DNA of 24,000 nucleotides, from the NCBI GenBank assembly GCA_020161475.1, contig JAIUNQ010000003.1, positions 40,818 through 64,817 of the forward strand, given 5' to 3'. A program made the position numbers and the translations under genes. The DNA is from Pseudomonadota bacterium (GTDB lineage: Bacteria > Pseudomonadota > Alphaproteobacteria > Rhizobiales > Beijerinckiaceae). Below are positions 1-7,868 of this stretch, one piece after another. Position 1 is the stretch's first letter. The number at the start of each line of letters is the position of its first letter. Under the pieces are notes generated by a model, which saw only the letters and a program-made list of their open reading frames with translations, was not told the origin of the DNA and did no database searches.

Positions 1-674
1 GCTCTGACACCTGCCTTGAGATCAGCGTCCAGAGCGCCAATCTGAACACCCATGCCGTCGATCTTGGGGGATCAACATTGGCAATGCGCATGGATGCACG
101 CCAGACCCGTTGGGCCGAGATCCTTCCCAAGGTGCCGCATGAGCTCTGGGATGTGCTTGTCGCCTATGACGCGGACAGCCTTGCGGGGCTTTTCGCATTC
201 TGTGTGGCCCAGACGCTGAACGCGCTGGAGGTTCCACATGTGCGCCGCTCGCGAGAACTCGCCCATGCGGATGCTCTGGCGGGATTGGTTGAACTCGACA
301 TGCATCCCCATTGGCAGCCGACCGCGAAAGCCTTCTTCAACAAGGTGACCAAGGCCCAGATCCTGGCGACGATCCGCGAGGTGAAGGGCGAAAGCGCGGC
401 ACAGATGATCGATCACCTCAAGAAGGCGGATATGGCGATCGAGGCCGAGCGACTGATCACGGGCAGCGGGTGGCTGCCCTCCCCGCTTCAATCGGCCATT
501 GAGCGCGCTGGGCCGGGAATTTCCGCGGGGTCCGAGTTGAAGACTCATCACGCAGACTTCGCGGAGCCGGATGATCAGTTGGTTTCTGAGAACGATGAGG
601 TGGCAGCCCCACTGCCGGCCTTCCTCGTGGCCGCCCTTGATGGGGCGGCTCCAGCGCTGCACGCAGCCGAATAA
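1..674 (+). CDS. ParB-like conjugative-element backbone protein, C-terminal part (5' end lies beyond the window)
   Basis: The frame is open from base 3 to the TAA at 672-674, with no stop upstream of the TTG where the ORF track begins, so the gene runs off the left edge. The segment HELWDVLVAYDADSLAGLFAFCVAQTLNAL resembles, from memory, the C-terminal region of large ParB/Srx-fold proteins of alphaproteobacterial ICE/plasmid backbones. No catalytic motif is visible in this fragment. A strong terminator follows. Confidence 0.55.
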   Translation, partial: SDTCLEISVQSANLNTHAVDLGGSTLAMRMDARQTRWAEILPKVPHELWDVLVAYDADSLAGLFAFCVAQTLNALEVPHVRRSRELAHADALAGLVELDMHPHWQPTAKAFFNKVTKAQILATIREVKGESAAQMIDHLKKADMAIEAERLITGSGWLPSPLQSAIERAGPGISAGSELKTHHADFAEPDDQLVSENDEVAAPLPAFLVAALDGAAPALHAAE

Positions 675-700
675 GCCTTTCCCCTTTTTGCAAGTCCCCT

Positions 701-738
701 GCCCGGCCGAGCCCCTCGTGCCGGGCTTTTCCTGTTTT
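701..738 (+). terminator. Rho-independent terminator after the ParB-like gene
   Basis: GCCCGGC (701-707) pairs with GCCGGGC (720-726). The stem extends inward through CGAG/CTCG with a one-nt bulge and is followed by TTTTCCTGTTTT. Confidence 0.7.
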
Positions 739-748
739 GGAGAGACCC

Positions 749-1264
749 ATGAACCCTGAAGCAAATGCCCCTGCCCAGACCCCTGAGGCTTCCGAGAAGA
801 ACCTCGTCATCCTTCCTGTTACGATGTCCGACATCGTCGCTCAGATCGAAGCGGAAAAACTGCAGCGCGCCACACTGCGCCCTGCCAACAAATCTGCAGT
901 CTTTGCCGCCCTTGCTGGCGCCGGTATCGCAAACGTCACAATCCCCTTCGATGGCTACGGCGACAGCGGCCAGATCGAGAACATCGAGGCGCGTGATCGC
1001 ACCAACCGGACGGTGATATTGCCAGACGCGACGATATCCATCGTCACAATTGTGTGGGGCCAGCATGAGCCCGAAGCCCGGACCATGACGGTGGGCGAGG
1101 CGATCGAGCACCTTGTCTACGACGCCTTGAGCGAAACCCACGGCGGTTGGGAGAACAATGAAGGCGCCTACGGCGAGTTCATCTTCGACGTCGCCGCTAG
1201 CGAAATCCGGCTCGACTACAACGAGCGGATCACCGCCACCGAATTCTATTCCCACACGTTTTGA
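749..1264 (+). CDS. Conserved hypothetical backbone protein (171 aa)
   Basis: ATG at 749 is preceded by GGAGAG (739-744); the track start at 737 is a TTG. High GC3 and a protein-like sequence (VTIPFDGYGDSGQIENIEA...THGGWENNEGAYGEFIFDV). I recognise no named catalytic motif. Confidence 0.7.
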   Translation: MNPEANAPAQTPEASEKNLVILPVTMSDIVAQIEAEKLQRATLRPANKSAVFAALAGAGIANVTIPFDGYGDSGQIENIEARDRTNRTVILPDATISIVTIVWGQHEPEARTMTVGEAIEHLVYDALSETHGGWENNEGAYGEFIFDVAASEIRLDYNERITATEFYSHTF

Positions 1265-1276
1265 GAGGAAGCGGAT

Positions 1277-1654
1277 ATGGCTCATCCCTATCACCACGCC
1301 CTCTCCTCCCAGAAGAAATGGGGCGGTTCTGTCGAGGACTATCTCGCCATCCATGCCTGGTTCGATGCGTCCAAGGAGATCATCGCGGATTTCCGGCACC
1401 GAGCGCTCCGGCATCATGCCGAGGGTATCTTCATGGCGGAGACGATCTTTGGCGTGACGACAACCTTGTCATCCGGCCGGATCATCCCCACCCGCTGGAT
1501 CGGCGAACAGCATGTCACCGAGGATCTCGGCTTCATTCCGAGCTTTGCCGATTGGGCACGTGCCATCCAGCCGACACCTTGGATGGGCCGGGCCCAGAAG
1601 ATCGAGGCCGATCTCGATCCGCATGTGATGGTACGGGAGGTCACCCATGCCTGA
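1277..1654 (+). CDS. Conserved hypothetical backbone protein (125 aa)
   Basis: ATG at 1277 is preceded by GAGGAAG, 12 nt after the upstream stop. The 3' end overlaps the next gene by 8 nt, which suggests operon coupling. Function unknown. Confidence 0.7.
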   Translation: MAHPYHHALSSQKKWGGSVEDYLAIHAWFDASKEIIADFRHRALRHHAEGIFMAETIFGVTTTLSSGRIIPTRWIGEQHVTEDLGFIPSFADWARAIQPTPWMGRAQKIEADLDPHVMVREVTHA

Positions 1655-2291
1655 GGTGTTCGAAACGCTCGTTTACACCTTCGATGAACTCGACGAGTGC
1701 GCCAGGGAGCGCGCTCGTGACTGGTATCGCCAAACACTTCTCCATGATGACTGGCACCACGTCGTTTTCGAGGATTTCGAGCGTGTCTGCGAGATCCTTG
1801 GCGTTGAGCTCGCAACACGACCCGTTCGCCTCCATGGCGGCGGGTTCAGACATCGGGCCTGTATCTGGTTTTCGGGGTTCGCATCTCAGGGAGACGGCGC
1901 CTGCTTTGAGGGACAATACAGCTACCGGAAGGGTGCCACTCGCGAAATCCGGGCCTATGCACCCAAGGACCAACAACTCATCGCGATCGCTGATCAACTT
2001 CAGCGCATCCAGCGGCAAAACCTCTATGCGCTCGAAGCGCGCATTACCCATCGCGGGCGGTATTTTCACGAACACAGCATGGAGATCAGTGTTGAACGGG
2101 CGAGCCAAACCTGGCAACCGCCGACTGATGGTGCGGAGGAAACGCTCTGCGAAGCCCTTCGCTACCTTGCCCAATGGCTCTACCGCCAGCTTGAACGCGA
2201 ACACGAGTTCCAGATGTCCAGCGGGATTGTCGATGAGGGGCTGCGAGCCAACGGCCATACCTTCACCGAGGATGGGCAGAAGTTCGGCTAG
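1647..2291 (+). CDS. Conserved hypothetical backbone protein (214 aa); from memory, relatives are often auto-annotated as antitoxin of a toxin-antitoxin stability system
   Basis: The ATG at 1647 overlaps the upstream stop. The N-terminus TLVYTFDELDECARERARDWYR resembles a family common next to ParB-like genes on alphaproteobacterial mobile elements. The functional label comes from memory and is weak. Confidence 0.6.
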   Translation: MPEVFETLVYTFDELDECARERARDWYRQTLLHDDWHHVVFEDFERVCEILGVELATRPVRLHGGGFRHRACIWFSGFASQGDGACFEGQYSYRKGATREIRAYAPKDQQLIAIADQLQRIQRQNLYALEARITHRGRYFHEHSMEISVERASQTWQPPTDGAEETLCEALRYLAQWLYRQLEREHEFQMSSGIVDEGLRANGHTFTEDGQKFG

Positions 2292-2438
2292 GCGCCCCCT
2301 TGCGGCTGCTCAGGAGGTCGCAGAGAAGCACTGAAACCGGCCATTCGCCGCGACGAGGAAATTCGGATCCGATCAGGAGTCGTTCGCGCAGACCTCGTCA
2401 GTCGCGGTAATGCCTGGCTGCTGCCGCATCGTTGGCGC

Positions 2439-3557
2439 TCAGTTGCGCATCGGCAAATTGGTGCCGGCCAGCAAGGCAACCAAATCCGATTGTCGATGAA
2501 CTCCAGTCTTGGCAAAAAGGCGTTTGAGGGTCGTTCGGGCTGTTTCGGTCGTCACGTTCAAATGTGCGGCAGCTTCTTTCGGGCGATGACCAGCGGCGAC
2601 CAGCGCCGCCAGTTTCGCCTCCGAAGGGGTAAGGTCAAAAAGGCCTTGCACGACACTGGCCGTCGGAACGTCTCGCGGTACAACGGGCGTCGCGATCAGG
2701 ATTGCTATGGCTTGGGAGAATATATCCTGAGCGGCCCCCTTGACCGGTGAAAGATGAAAAATGATCGGCGGGTTATCGCCTGCCGCCGGGGTAGGGATCG
2801 AGCGTACCAAGCCATCACAACCGGCTTGGATCTCGGCAAGGGCATTAGCCAACAATTTGTCAGCGGAAGCCGTGGCAAGAGAGAGCCGCGACGGCCGATC
2901 TTGAACCAGGGATGGTGTGAGTTGCGCCATCCGGTCATTCATCGCCATTGTCCGTCCGTTCCGCCCGATCACCGCGGCCGGGAGACCGATGTGCTCCAGC
3001 GCCCAGACAGCGTTCCGCGCTTTTTCAATTTCCAGGCGACCTGAGATGAAAGCGGCGCGCGCAAAATGTGGCCGCAGAGCATCAAGTGCAGCGACGACCT
3101 TGGGCGCAAAGGGGCCATCCTCATAGGGCTTTTCAAGGTTCAAAATGATGAAATCTCCGCTCGGCACAGAAACGGCAGTCGCCAGGCCAGAGCCAAACCC
3201 ACGCGGGATGAGAATATCGCGATAAAGGGGCAATTGCGCTGCTTCCGCCTTATCGAAGACATCACCATCGGTAATGAAGCCAGCAGACCCCACCTTCACA
3301 AGACGGCGGGTCCGTTCGTTGGCACTGCCACCATGGTCGCGCACGATCTCTTCCCATGTTTCCTTGAAAAGCGCGTGGGGGCTAATGAAGTCCATCTTGC
3401 CGCGACACAGGCGCGCACAGACCGCCGCCGTAGCGCCGTAGCGCTTCACCATCTTGTCGAGAACAGCAGGCCATCTTTCCCCGATGATCGCAGCTTCATA
3501 GATTTCGTCGACGAGGTCATTGCTCAAATGATTTAAGCCTCCCACCAACATGAGCAT
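2439..3557 (-). CDS. LuxR/GerE-family helix-turn-helix transcriptional regulator with a non-AHL N-terminal sensor-like domain
   Basis: The C-terminus LTPSEAKLAALVAAGHRPKEAAAHLNVTTETARTTLKRLFAKTGVHRQSDLVALL is a typical GerE/LuxR-type HTH. The N-terminal region (LVDEIYEAAIIGERWPAVLDKM...) lacks the AHL-binding W-x3-Y-x8-DP signature. The start is uncertain: TTG at 3569, or ATG at 3557 or 3551. Confidence 0.75.
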   Translation of the reverse strand: MLMLVGGLNHLSNDLVDEIYEAAIIGERWPAVLDKMVKRYGATAAVCARLCRGKMDFISPHALFKETWEEIVRDHGGSANERTRRLVKVGSAGFITDGDVFDKAEAAQLPLYRDILIPRGFGSGLATAVSVPSGDFIILNLEKPYEDGPFAPKVVAALDALRPHFARAAFISGRLEIEKARNAVWALEHIGLPAAVIGRNGRTMAMNDRMAQLTPSLVQDRPSRLSLATASADKLLANALAEIQAGCDGLVRSIPTPAAGDNPPIIFHLSPVKGAAQDIFSQAIAILIATPVVPRDVPTASVVQGLFDLTPSEAKLAALVAAGHRPKEAAAHLNVTTETARTTLKRLFAKTGVHRQSDLVALLAGTNLPMRN

Positions 3558-3724
3558 TCCAGTATGCAAGAAATTTCCGGTAGTTGGGAACAGTTTCTGA
3601 CCTCTGTCCCTCCATGTGATGATCTAGTAGGAATGGCGTCGCACGGGCGTGGATGTCGCATGTCGATTCACCCCAAATGGGGGGTTCAGCAAAGGTTCGT
3701 TATGTCACGATGTGCGGCGCATCA

Positions 3725-3777
3725 GTCTTCTTGGTGAAGAAGTCAGATGCCGTCTGAAACGATGAAGAAGACTTCAT
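3725..3777. promoter_or_regulatory. Cluster of GAAGAAG-type repeats in the divergent regulator/hydrolase promoter region
   Basis: GTCTTCTT (3725-3732) is the exact inverted partner of AAGAAGAC (3765-3772). TGAAGAAG occurs as direct copies at 3735-3742 and 3763-3770. ATGAAG-aaga-CTTCAT (3762-3777) is a small palindrome about 25 nt upstream of the hydrolase ATG. Confidence 0.35.
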
Positions 3778-3802
3778 GACGGAATGCGAACGGGAGGTAT
3801 CC

Positions 3803-4552
3803 ATGAACAGGCTCAAGATTTGGTTTTCTGCACTTGTTGTTACCCTCGTCGGGTTGATAACCCCGCAGGGTGTCTCCGCACAGGGGTTGAGCGGTGTGGG
3901 CGTCGTGCTCATTCACGGCAAGGGCGGCGGGCAGGGGCCACTCCAGCCACTGGCGCAGGCGCTGCGCAAACAGGGGGCCATCATCCTTATGCCCCATATG
4001 TCATGGAAATCAGGTTATCGCCCCTATGAGCAGACGGTGCAGGAGGTTGCAGCCGCGGTGGCGCGCATTCGGCAGATGGGTGCGCGCAAGGTTTATCTGG
4101 CTGGCCATTCGATGGGGGCGAATATCTCGATAGGCTATGCCGCCGCCGGCGGCGATGTCGATGGCATCATCGCGCTTGCACCGGGGCACCGGCCTGATTT
4201 CATTGCTACGGTGACAGGCGACAGCCTTGATCGCGCCAGAGCAATGGTGGCGGCGGGGCGCGGCAACGAGCGCGCGCAGTTCATGGATTTCAACCAAGGG
4301 CGCACCATGCCTGTGACCACAACGGCCGCGGCCTATGTCAGCTTCTTTGACCCCGATGGCCCCGCCGGGCAGGCGGCGCGAGGCCGTGGCGCAGGGCGTT
4401 CGACTCTTTGGGTGATTGGTCGGGGGGATCGACCGGCCATGCGCGACAGCGCACCGCATTCAAGCGGCACGCGCATCGAGGTGGATGCCAACCACCAGAC
4501 CACGCCCGTCGCCGCCGTTCCCTATGTTCTGGAATGGCTGGCCGCGCGCTGA
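3803..4552 (+). CDS. Secreted alpha/beta-fold hydrolase
   Basis: ATG at 3803 lies 5 nt after GGGAGG (3792-3797). A signal-peptide-like N-terminus is present (MNRLKIWFSALVVTLVGLITPQGVSA-QG). HGKGGG is an oxyanion-type motif, GHSMGAN is a G-x-S-x-G nucleophile elbow, and there is a late Asp/His (GRGDRP ... VDANH). Confidence 0.8.
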   Translation: MNRLKIWFSALVVTLVGLITPQGVSAQGLSGVGVVLIHGKGGGQGPLQPLAQALRKQGAIILMPHMSWKSGYRPYEQTVQEVAAAVARIRQMGARKVYLAGHSMGANISIGYAAAGGDVDGIIALAPGHRPDFIATVTGDSLDRARAMVAAGRGNERAQFMDFNQGRTMPVTTTAAAYVSFFDPDGPAGQAARGRGAGRSTLWVIGRGDRPAMRDSAPHSSGTRIEVDANHQTTPVAAVPYVLEWLAAR

Positions 4553-4555
4553 ACC

Positions 4556-6364
4556 ATGGTAAAGGTGCCGGAAGAAGACGCGATCGATGACGCGGAGCCG
4601 GTGCGGCGCAGGCCGTACCGGCGGCCCTTTGTCGTCACTTCGCTGGACGATCTGCGCTCGATGTTCTGGAACACCTTCGCGATCCTGGCGTTGGCCGTCA
4701 GCGTGCCGCTGGCCTATGCTCTGGTCACGCGCGACACGCTGGTGATTGAGGAAATCTCGACCCCCACAAGCCTTGAGGAGAAGGGCTATTTCGGCAAGGT
4801 GGTGGCTCAGCGCATCTTCGATGAAATGCGCTCGATCAGCCAATACACCATGAGCGAGGTTAAGCGGCTGGAGGTTTCATCCTCTCCGCTCGAGAACCAG
4901 CTTCCCCCTATCGAATTGCCGCTGGGTCAGCTCGATCTCCAGACGGTGATCCGACAGGCCCGCTTATGGCTCGGACTGCCGGATAAGACCATCACGGGAG
5001 AGATCATCGTCCATTCCCGCAAGGTCGGCACGGGTGAGGAAGCAGAGGAGCAACTCTCTTATTCCATGGCCCTGCGTTCCGCGCGCGACGGGTTGATCCA
5101 TCGCTCCAGCCGTGAATATCCGGATATGGAGAGTCTGACACGTGCGACTGCTGTTGCACTGGTGGAGCGTTTCGACCCTCTTTTTGCGGGGTATTACCAC
5201 TTCATGCGCCGCAACTACACGGAAGCGAAGCGCATTGTGGAAACAATGGAAGCTCAGGCCCCGCGCACCAAGCCTGCTGACGCTCCACTTGGCCCGGACA
5301 CAGCGGCAGCTAACCGTCTTCATTTGCGCGGGTTGATCGAGCGCGGCCAGAACAACTGGCGCGAGGCGGCGGATTGGTTCGGAAAGGCCCATGCCGTTAA
5401 CCCGGACAACTTGGTCATCGCCTCGGACTATACAGGTGCCCTGCGGCGGTTTGACCCAAAGCGAGCCGAAGAATTGGCACATGGGCTCGTTGAGCGTTTT
5501 CCCAAGGCCTGGAACGGCTACATGAACCTTGCCTTTGCGCGGGCGCAGCAGCGCCGCAACGGCGATGCACTCGCGTTGGTGAAACAGGCGATGGAGCTCG
5601 CGCCCGACTCTCCGGGGATGCTCTATCAGGCAAGCCTGATCCAGCGCGGCTCGGGGCGCATGGAGGATGCGGCAGCGTCACTCGAACGCACGCTGGCCCT
5701 TGACGCCACGGCTTTCCATGCGGCCCGCGAATTGGTGCGGGTCTATCGGGATCTCGAGCAATGGCCAAGAGCGCGGGTGGCTGCGGAAACAATGATCCGT
5801 ATAGACCCCACCCATGCTCTCGCCCATATCCACCTTGCGCGCGTGTTGATCGAAACGAAGGATCTGGCGGGCGCGGAAGCCGCGATGAAGGTGGCCCTGC
5901 AACTGGACCCTAAATCTGCTGTTGTGCTGGCAGAGCAAGGGCGCCTGCTCCTGATAAAGAACAACCTGACGCGCGCTCGCAAGGTGCTGGAAGAGGCGGT
6001 GGCGCTGGAGAATAGACTGCCCGAGGCACAGGAGTATCTTGGCGATGCGCTGGTGCGCGCGGGCAAGCGCACGGAAGCCATCGCCGCGTATCGCAATGCT
6101 ATTGACAGCACCATCTTCGCTCGTTGGCGTGCTGCCGATGCGCAGGCCAAGTTGGGGGAACTACTGGAAAAGGAAAAGGATGCAGCCGGGGCTGCTGCGG
6201 CTTATCGCGCCGCGCGAAACATGAATGCCTATCGCTACAAGGTTCTGGAGCAGAAGATCGCCGCTCTTGAAGCTGGCGCCGGCATGGATCAACGGGCTCT
6301 GACGGAGCGGGCAAAACCCAGCACCGCGCCGACCATGCGGCCTTCGACCCCCGCGAATCCATGA
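4556..6364 (+). CDS. Membrane-anchored tetratricopeptide-repeat (TPR) protein
   Basis: The ATG lies 3 nt after the hydrolase stop, suggesting an operon. There is one N-terminal hydrophobic helix (FWNTFAILALAVSVPLAYALV) and an unassigned domain of about 170 aa. These are followed by repeated 34-aa Ala/Leu/Tyr-patterned TPR-like units (e.g. NWREAADWFGKAHAVNPDN, EAQEYLGDALVRAGKRTEAIAAYRNAI). Confidence 0.75.
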   Translation: MVKVPEEDAIDDAEPVRRRPYRRPFVVTSLDDLRSMFWNTFAILALAVSVPLAYALVTRDTLVIEEISTPTSLEEKGYFGKVVAQRIFDEMRSISQYTMSEVKRLEVSSSPLENQLPPIELPLGQLDLQTVIRQARLWLGLPDKTITGEIIVHSRKVGTGEEAEEQLSYSMALRSARDGLIHRSSREYPDMESLTRATAVALVERFDPLFAGYYHFMRRNYTEAKRIVETMEAQAPRTKPADAPLGPDTAAANRLHLRGLIERGQNNWREAADWFGKAHAVNPDNLVIASDYTGALRRFDPKRAEELAHGLVERFPKAWNGYMNLAFARAQQRRNGDALALVKQAMELAPDSPGMLYQASLIQRGSGRMEDAAASLERTLALDATAFHAARELVRVYRDLEQWPRARVAAETMIRIDPTHALAHIHLARVLIETKDLAGAEAAMKVALQLDPKSAVVLAEQGRLLLIKNNLTRARKVLEEAVALENRLPEAQEYLGDALVRAGKRTEAIAAYRNAIDSTIFARWRAADAQAKLGELLEKEKDAAGAAAAYRAARNMNAYRYKVLEQKIAALEAGAGMDQRALTERAKPSTAPTMRPSTPANP

Positions 6365-7086
6365 TGCCCGCGCGCCTGACAGGGATCGCCCTCGTCGCGC
6401 CCGCCGTCCACCCAGACCACACGCGCCCGCCCGGCGGCCCAGTTGATGAAGGGGGCCACAAGCTCGGGCGAGGTGACGCGGCATCCATCCTTGCGGTGGT
6501 GCACGATCAGGGTCGGTGGCAAACTCCCGCTGGAGCCGACGTTGGACTGAAATTCGTCCAAAATGCCTGAGGTGATGACCAGGCCGTCCGCTTCCAATGC
6601 TCGATGCATGCGCGTTGCGGCGCGGCTGGTGCCAACCACGATAACCGGTCGGGCGATCTTGCTCATGGCCTCGATTGCGCGCGACGGGCTACCGGAGGAA
6701 GAGAGAGCCAATGTGGCAAAGCCGCCTGACACAAAGCTGCGGCGCGTGCGGATGAGCGAATTGCCCATCAGATCCGTGATCTGGCCATCAGTGGTGATAC
6801 CGAGGTTGCCGTGCCCGCCAGCCATCAGGATGATGCTGCCCCTTGGCTTGCCACTGGGACGCTCAAGCACCGCATCCGTACCCAGATCAGGCAAAAGCTC
6901 CGCGCGGGCAGGCCCCGCTCCAAGGCCAAGGAGTAGGATCAGGCTCACCACAAGTCGATATTTCATTGGCACCATGGCGAGCCCCAACACCCCCGGGAAG
7001 ATGGCCAAGACCTTAGCACGAATGTCCGCTCCGGCCAGGCTGCCGCCGTAAAACTGCCATTCCGCAATCGGCCCCTTCTTTGACAT
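6289..7086 (-). CDS. Alpha/beta-hydrolase-like protein, probably exported
   Basis: Motifs ILMAGGHGN, VVGTSRAA (a variant nucleophile elbow) and C-terminal RGHHGF. The internal MKYRLVVSLILLLGLGAGPARA-E (ATG at 6966) is a textbook signal peptide. However, the 40 codons upstream also have high GC3, so the start is ambiguous (7086, 6975 or 6966). The 3' end overlaps the convergent TPR gene by 76 nt. Confidence 0.6.
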   Translation of the reverse strand: MSKKGPIAEWQFYGGSLAGADIRAKVLAIFPGVLGLAMVPMKYRLVVSLILLLGLGAGPARAELLPDLGTDAVLERPSGKPRGSIILMAGGHGNLGITTDGQITDLMGNSLIRTRRSFVSGGFATLALSSSGSPSRAIEAMSKIARPVIVVGTSRAATRMHRALEADGLVITSGILDEFQSNVGSSGSLPPTLIVHHRKDGCRVTSPELVAPFINWAAGRARVVWVDGGRDEGDPCQARGHHGFAGVEGRMVGAVLGFARSVRAR

Positions 7087-7125
7087 TGGTGCAACTGTGA
7101 TGTGCGACGGTTACTAATCAGTCAA

Positions 7126-7554
7126 TTAATGGTATTTTTGAATGACGCTGCTTGTGACGCTGCTCCATTTCACGCCGTTTAAACTCAAATTCGCGTGAAA
7201 TTTATCTTGATCGAGGCGAAGTCGACCTGTCGAATCCTCATAAAGTGGGCTATCGGCCAAAGCCGATGCCAATATTTCTAAGTTGTCTCCGCCATAGGAA
7301 TCGTCGCCTAGATGCAGCGGATTCTTCCCGTCTGCCTCCATAAGTTCCATAAGAGCACCAACACGTCGAAGGACCTGAAACAAGACTTGTGATTTTGTAT
7401 GAGCGACCAATTGGTACTGTTCCAACGCGTCTATCGCAGCCAAATCATAAACCGGCCATTCCGAAAGTACCCGGTGAAGTACCTTGGCGACAAAGTCGCG
7501 ATGCGTAGCGTCATTCATGCGCGACAATAGCGCTTGCTTTGTCATATTCGGCAT
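7126..7554 (-). CDS. Hypothetical protein (142 aa), last gene of the lower-GC quorum-sensing module
   Basis: Same strand as luxI/P450. The sequence is protein-like and predicted helical (MPNMTKQALLSRMNDATHRDFVAKVLHRVL...). I recognise no motif, and the SD is weak (GGAAG). Confidence 0.55.
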   Translation of the reverse strand: MPNMTKQALLSRMNDATHRDFVAKVLHRVLSEWPVYDLAAIDALEQYQLVAHTKSQVLFQVLRRVGALMELMEADGKNPLHLGDDSYGGDNLEILASALADSPLYEDSTGRLRLDQDKFHANLSLNGVKWSSVTSSVIQKYH

Positions 7555-7590
7555 CTTGAACTTCCAGATCGTAGCTTCTTACTTCGTTTA

Positions 7591-7616
7591 TATCCCCGCC
7601 CCACTAGGCGGGGATA
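7591..7616 (-). promoter_or_regulatory. Intercistronic perfect 10-bp stem-loop between the 75-aa ORF and the 142-aa ORF
   Basis: TATCCCCGCC (7591-7600) and GGCGGGGATA (7607-7616) are exact reverse complements separated by a 6-nt loop. There is no U-run on either strand, so it is not a classical terminator. Confidence 0.5.
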
Positions 7617-7630
7617 ACTTGGAATGAGAC

Positions 7631-7858
7631 TTATGAGTCCTGGAGGGCGCTTCGTTCCAAATCATGCGCCGTGAGCGCCAAAACAATCGAATTTGCGCTC
7701 CGGTATCGATCAAAGTAGCTGGCCATAGCCAAGGCTTCAGCCAAGAGTCCGCTGATCCTCGAGTCGATCACCGACAATGCCTCGACATCGTTTGAAGGCT
7801 GAAAATTCGCATGCACCAAATTGCGCGGATCAGCGTAATCATCATCATCGCAAGACAT
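7631..7858 (-). CDS. Small acidic protein (75 aa), function unknown; a carrier-protein-like role is only a hypothesis
   Basis: The ATG at 7858 lies 10 nt after the P450 TAG (7869-7871), with GAGGAAG in between. The track start at 7912 would overlap P450 by 44 nt. The protein is Asp/Glu-rich and contains VIDSRISGLLAEALA around residue 33. Confidence 0.55.
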   Translation of the reverse strand: MSCDDDDYADPRNLVHANFQPSNDVEALSVIDSRISGLLAEALAMASYFDRYRSANSIVLALTAHDLERSALQDS

Positions 7859-7868
7859 CACTTCCTCG

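Noticed and set aside
575-1417. A long antisense ORF (280 aa) opposite the 749-1264 and 1277-1654 genes. Similar shadows occur at 1641-2258, 5743-6150, 13680-14225, 15216-16295, 18118-18693, 18727-19473, 19591-20247 and 22851-23390.
   Set aside because: These are typical high-GC shadow ORFs. They have Arg/Gly/Pro/Ala-rich low-complexity translations, lack SD sequences and lack motifs. Each lies opposite a gene with clear family signatures.
3803-4552. The idea that the secreted alpha/beta hydrolase is an AHL lactonase or quorum-quenching enzyme linked to the QS module.
   Set aside because: Alpha/beta-fold AHL lactonases do exist, but nothing in this sequence beyond the generic G-x-S-x-G fold supports the idea. 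The gene also lies in compositionally different DNA 2.5 kb away, under a different regulator.
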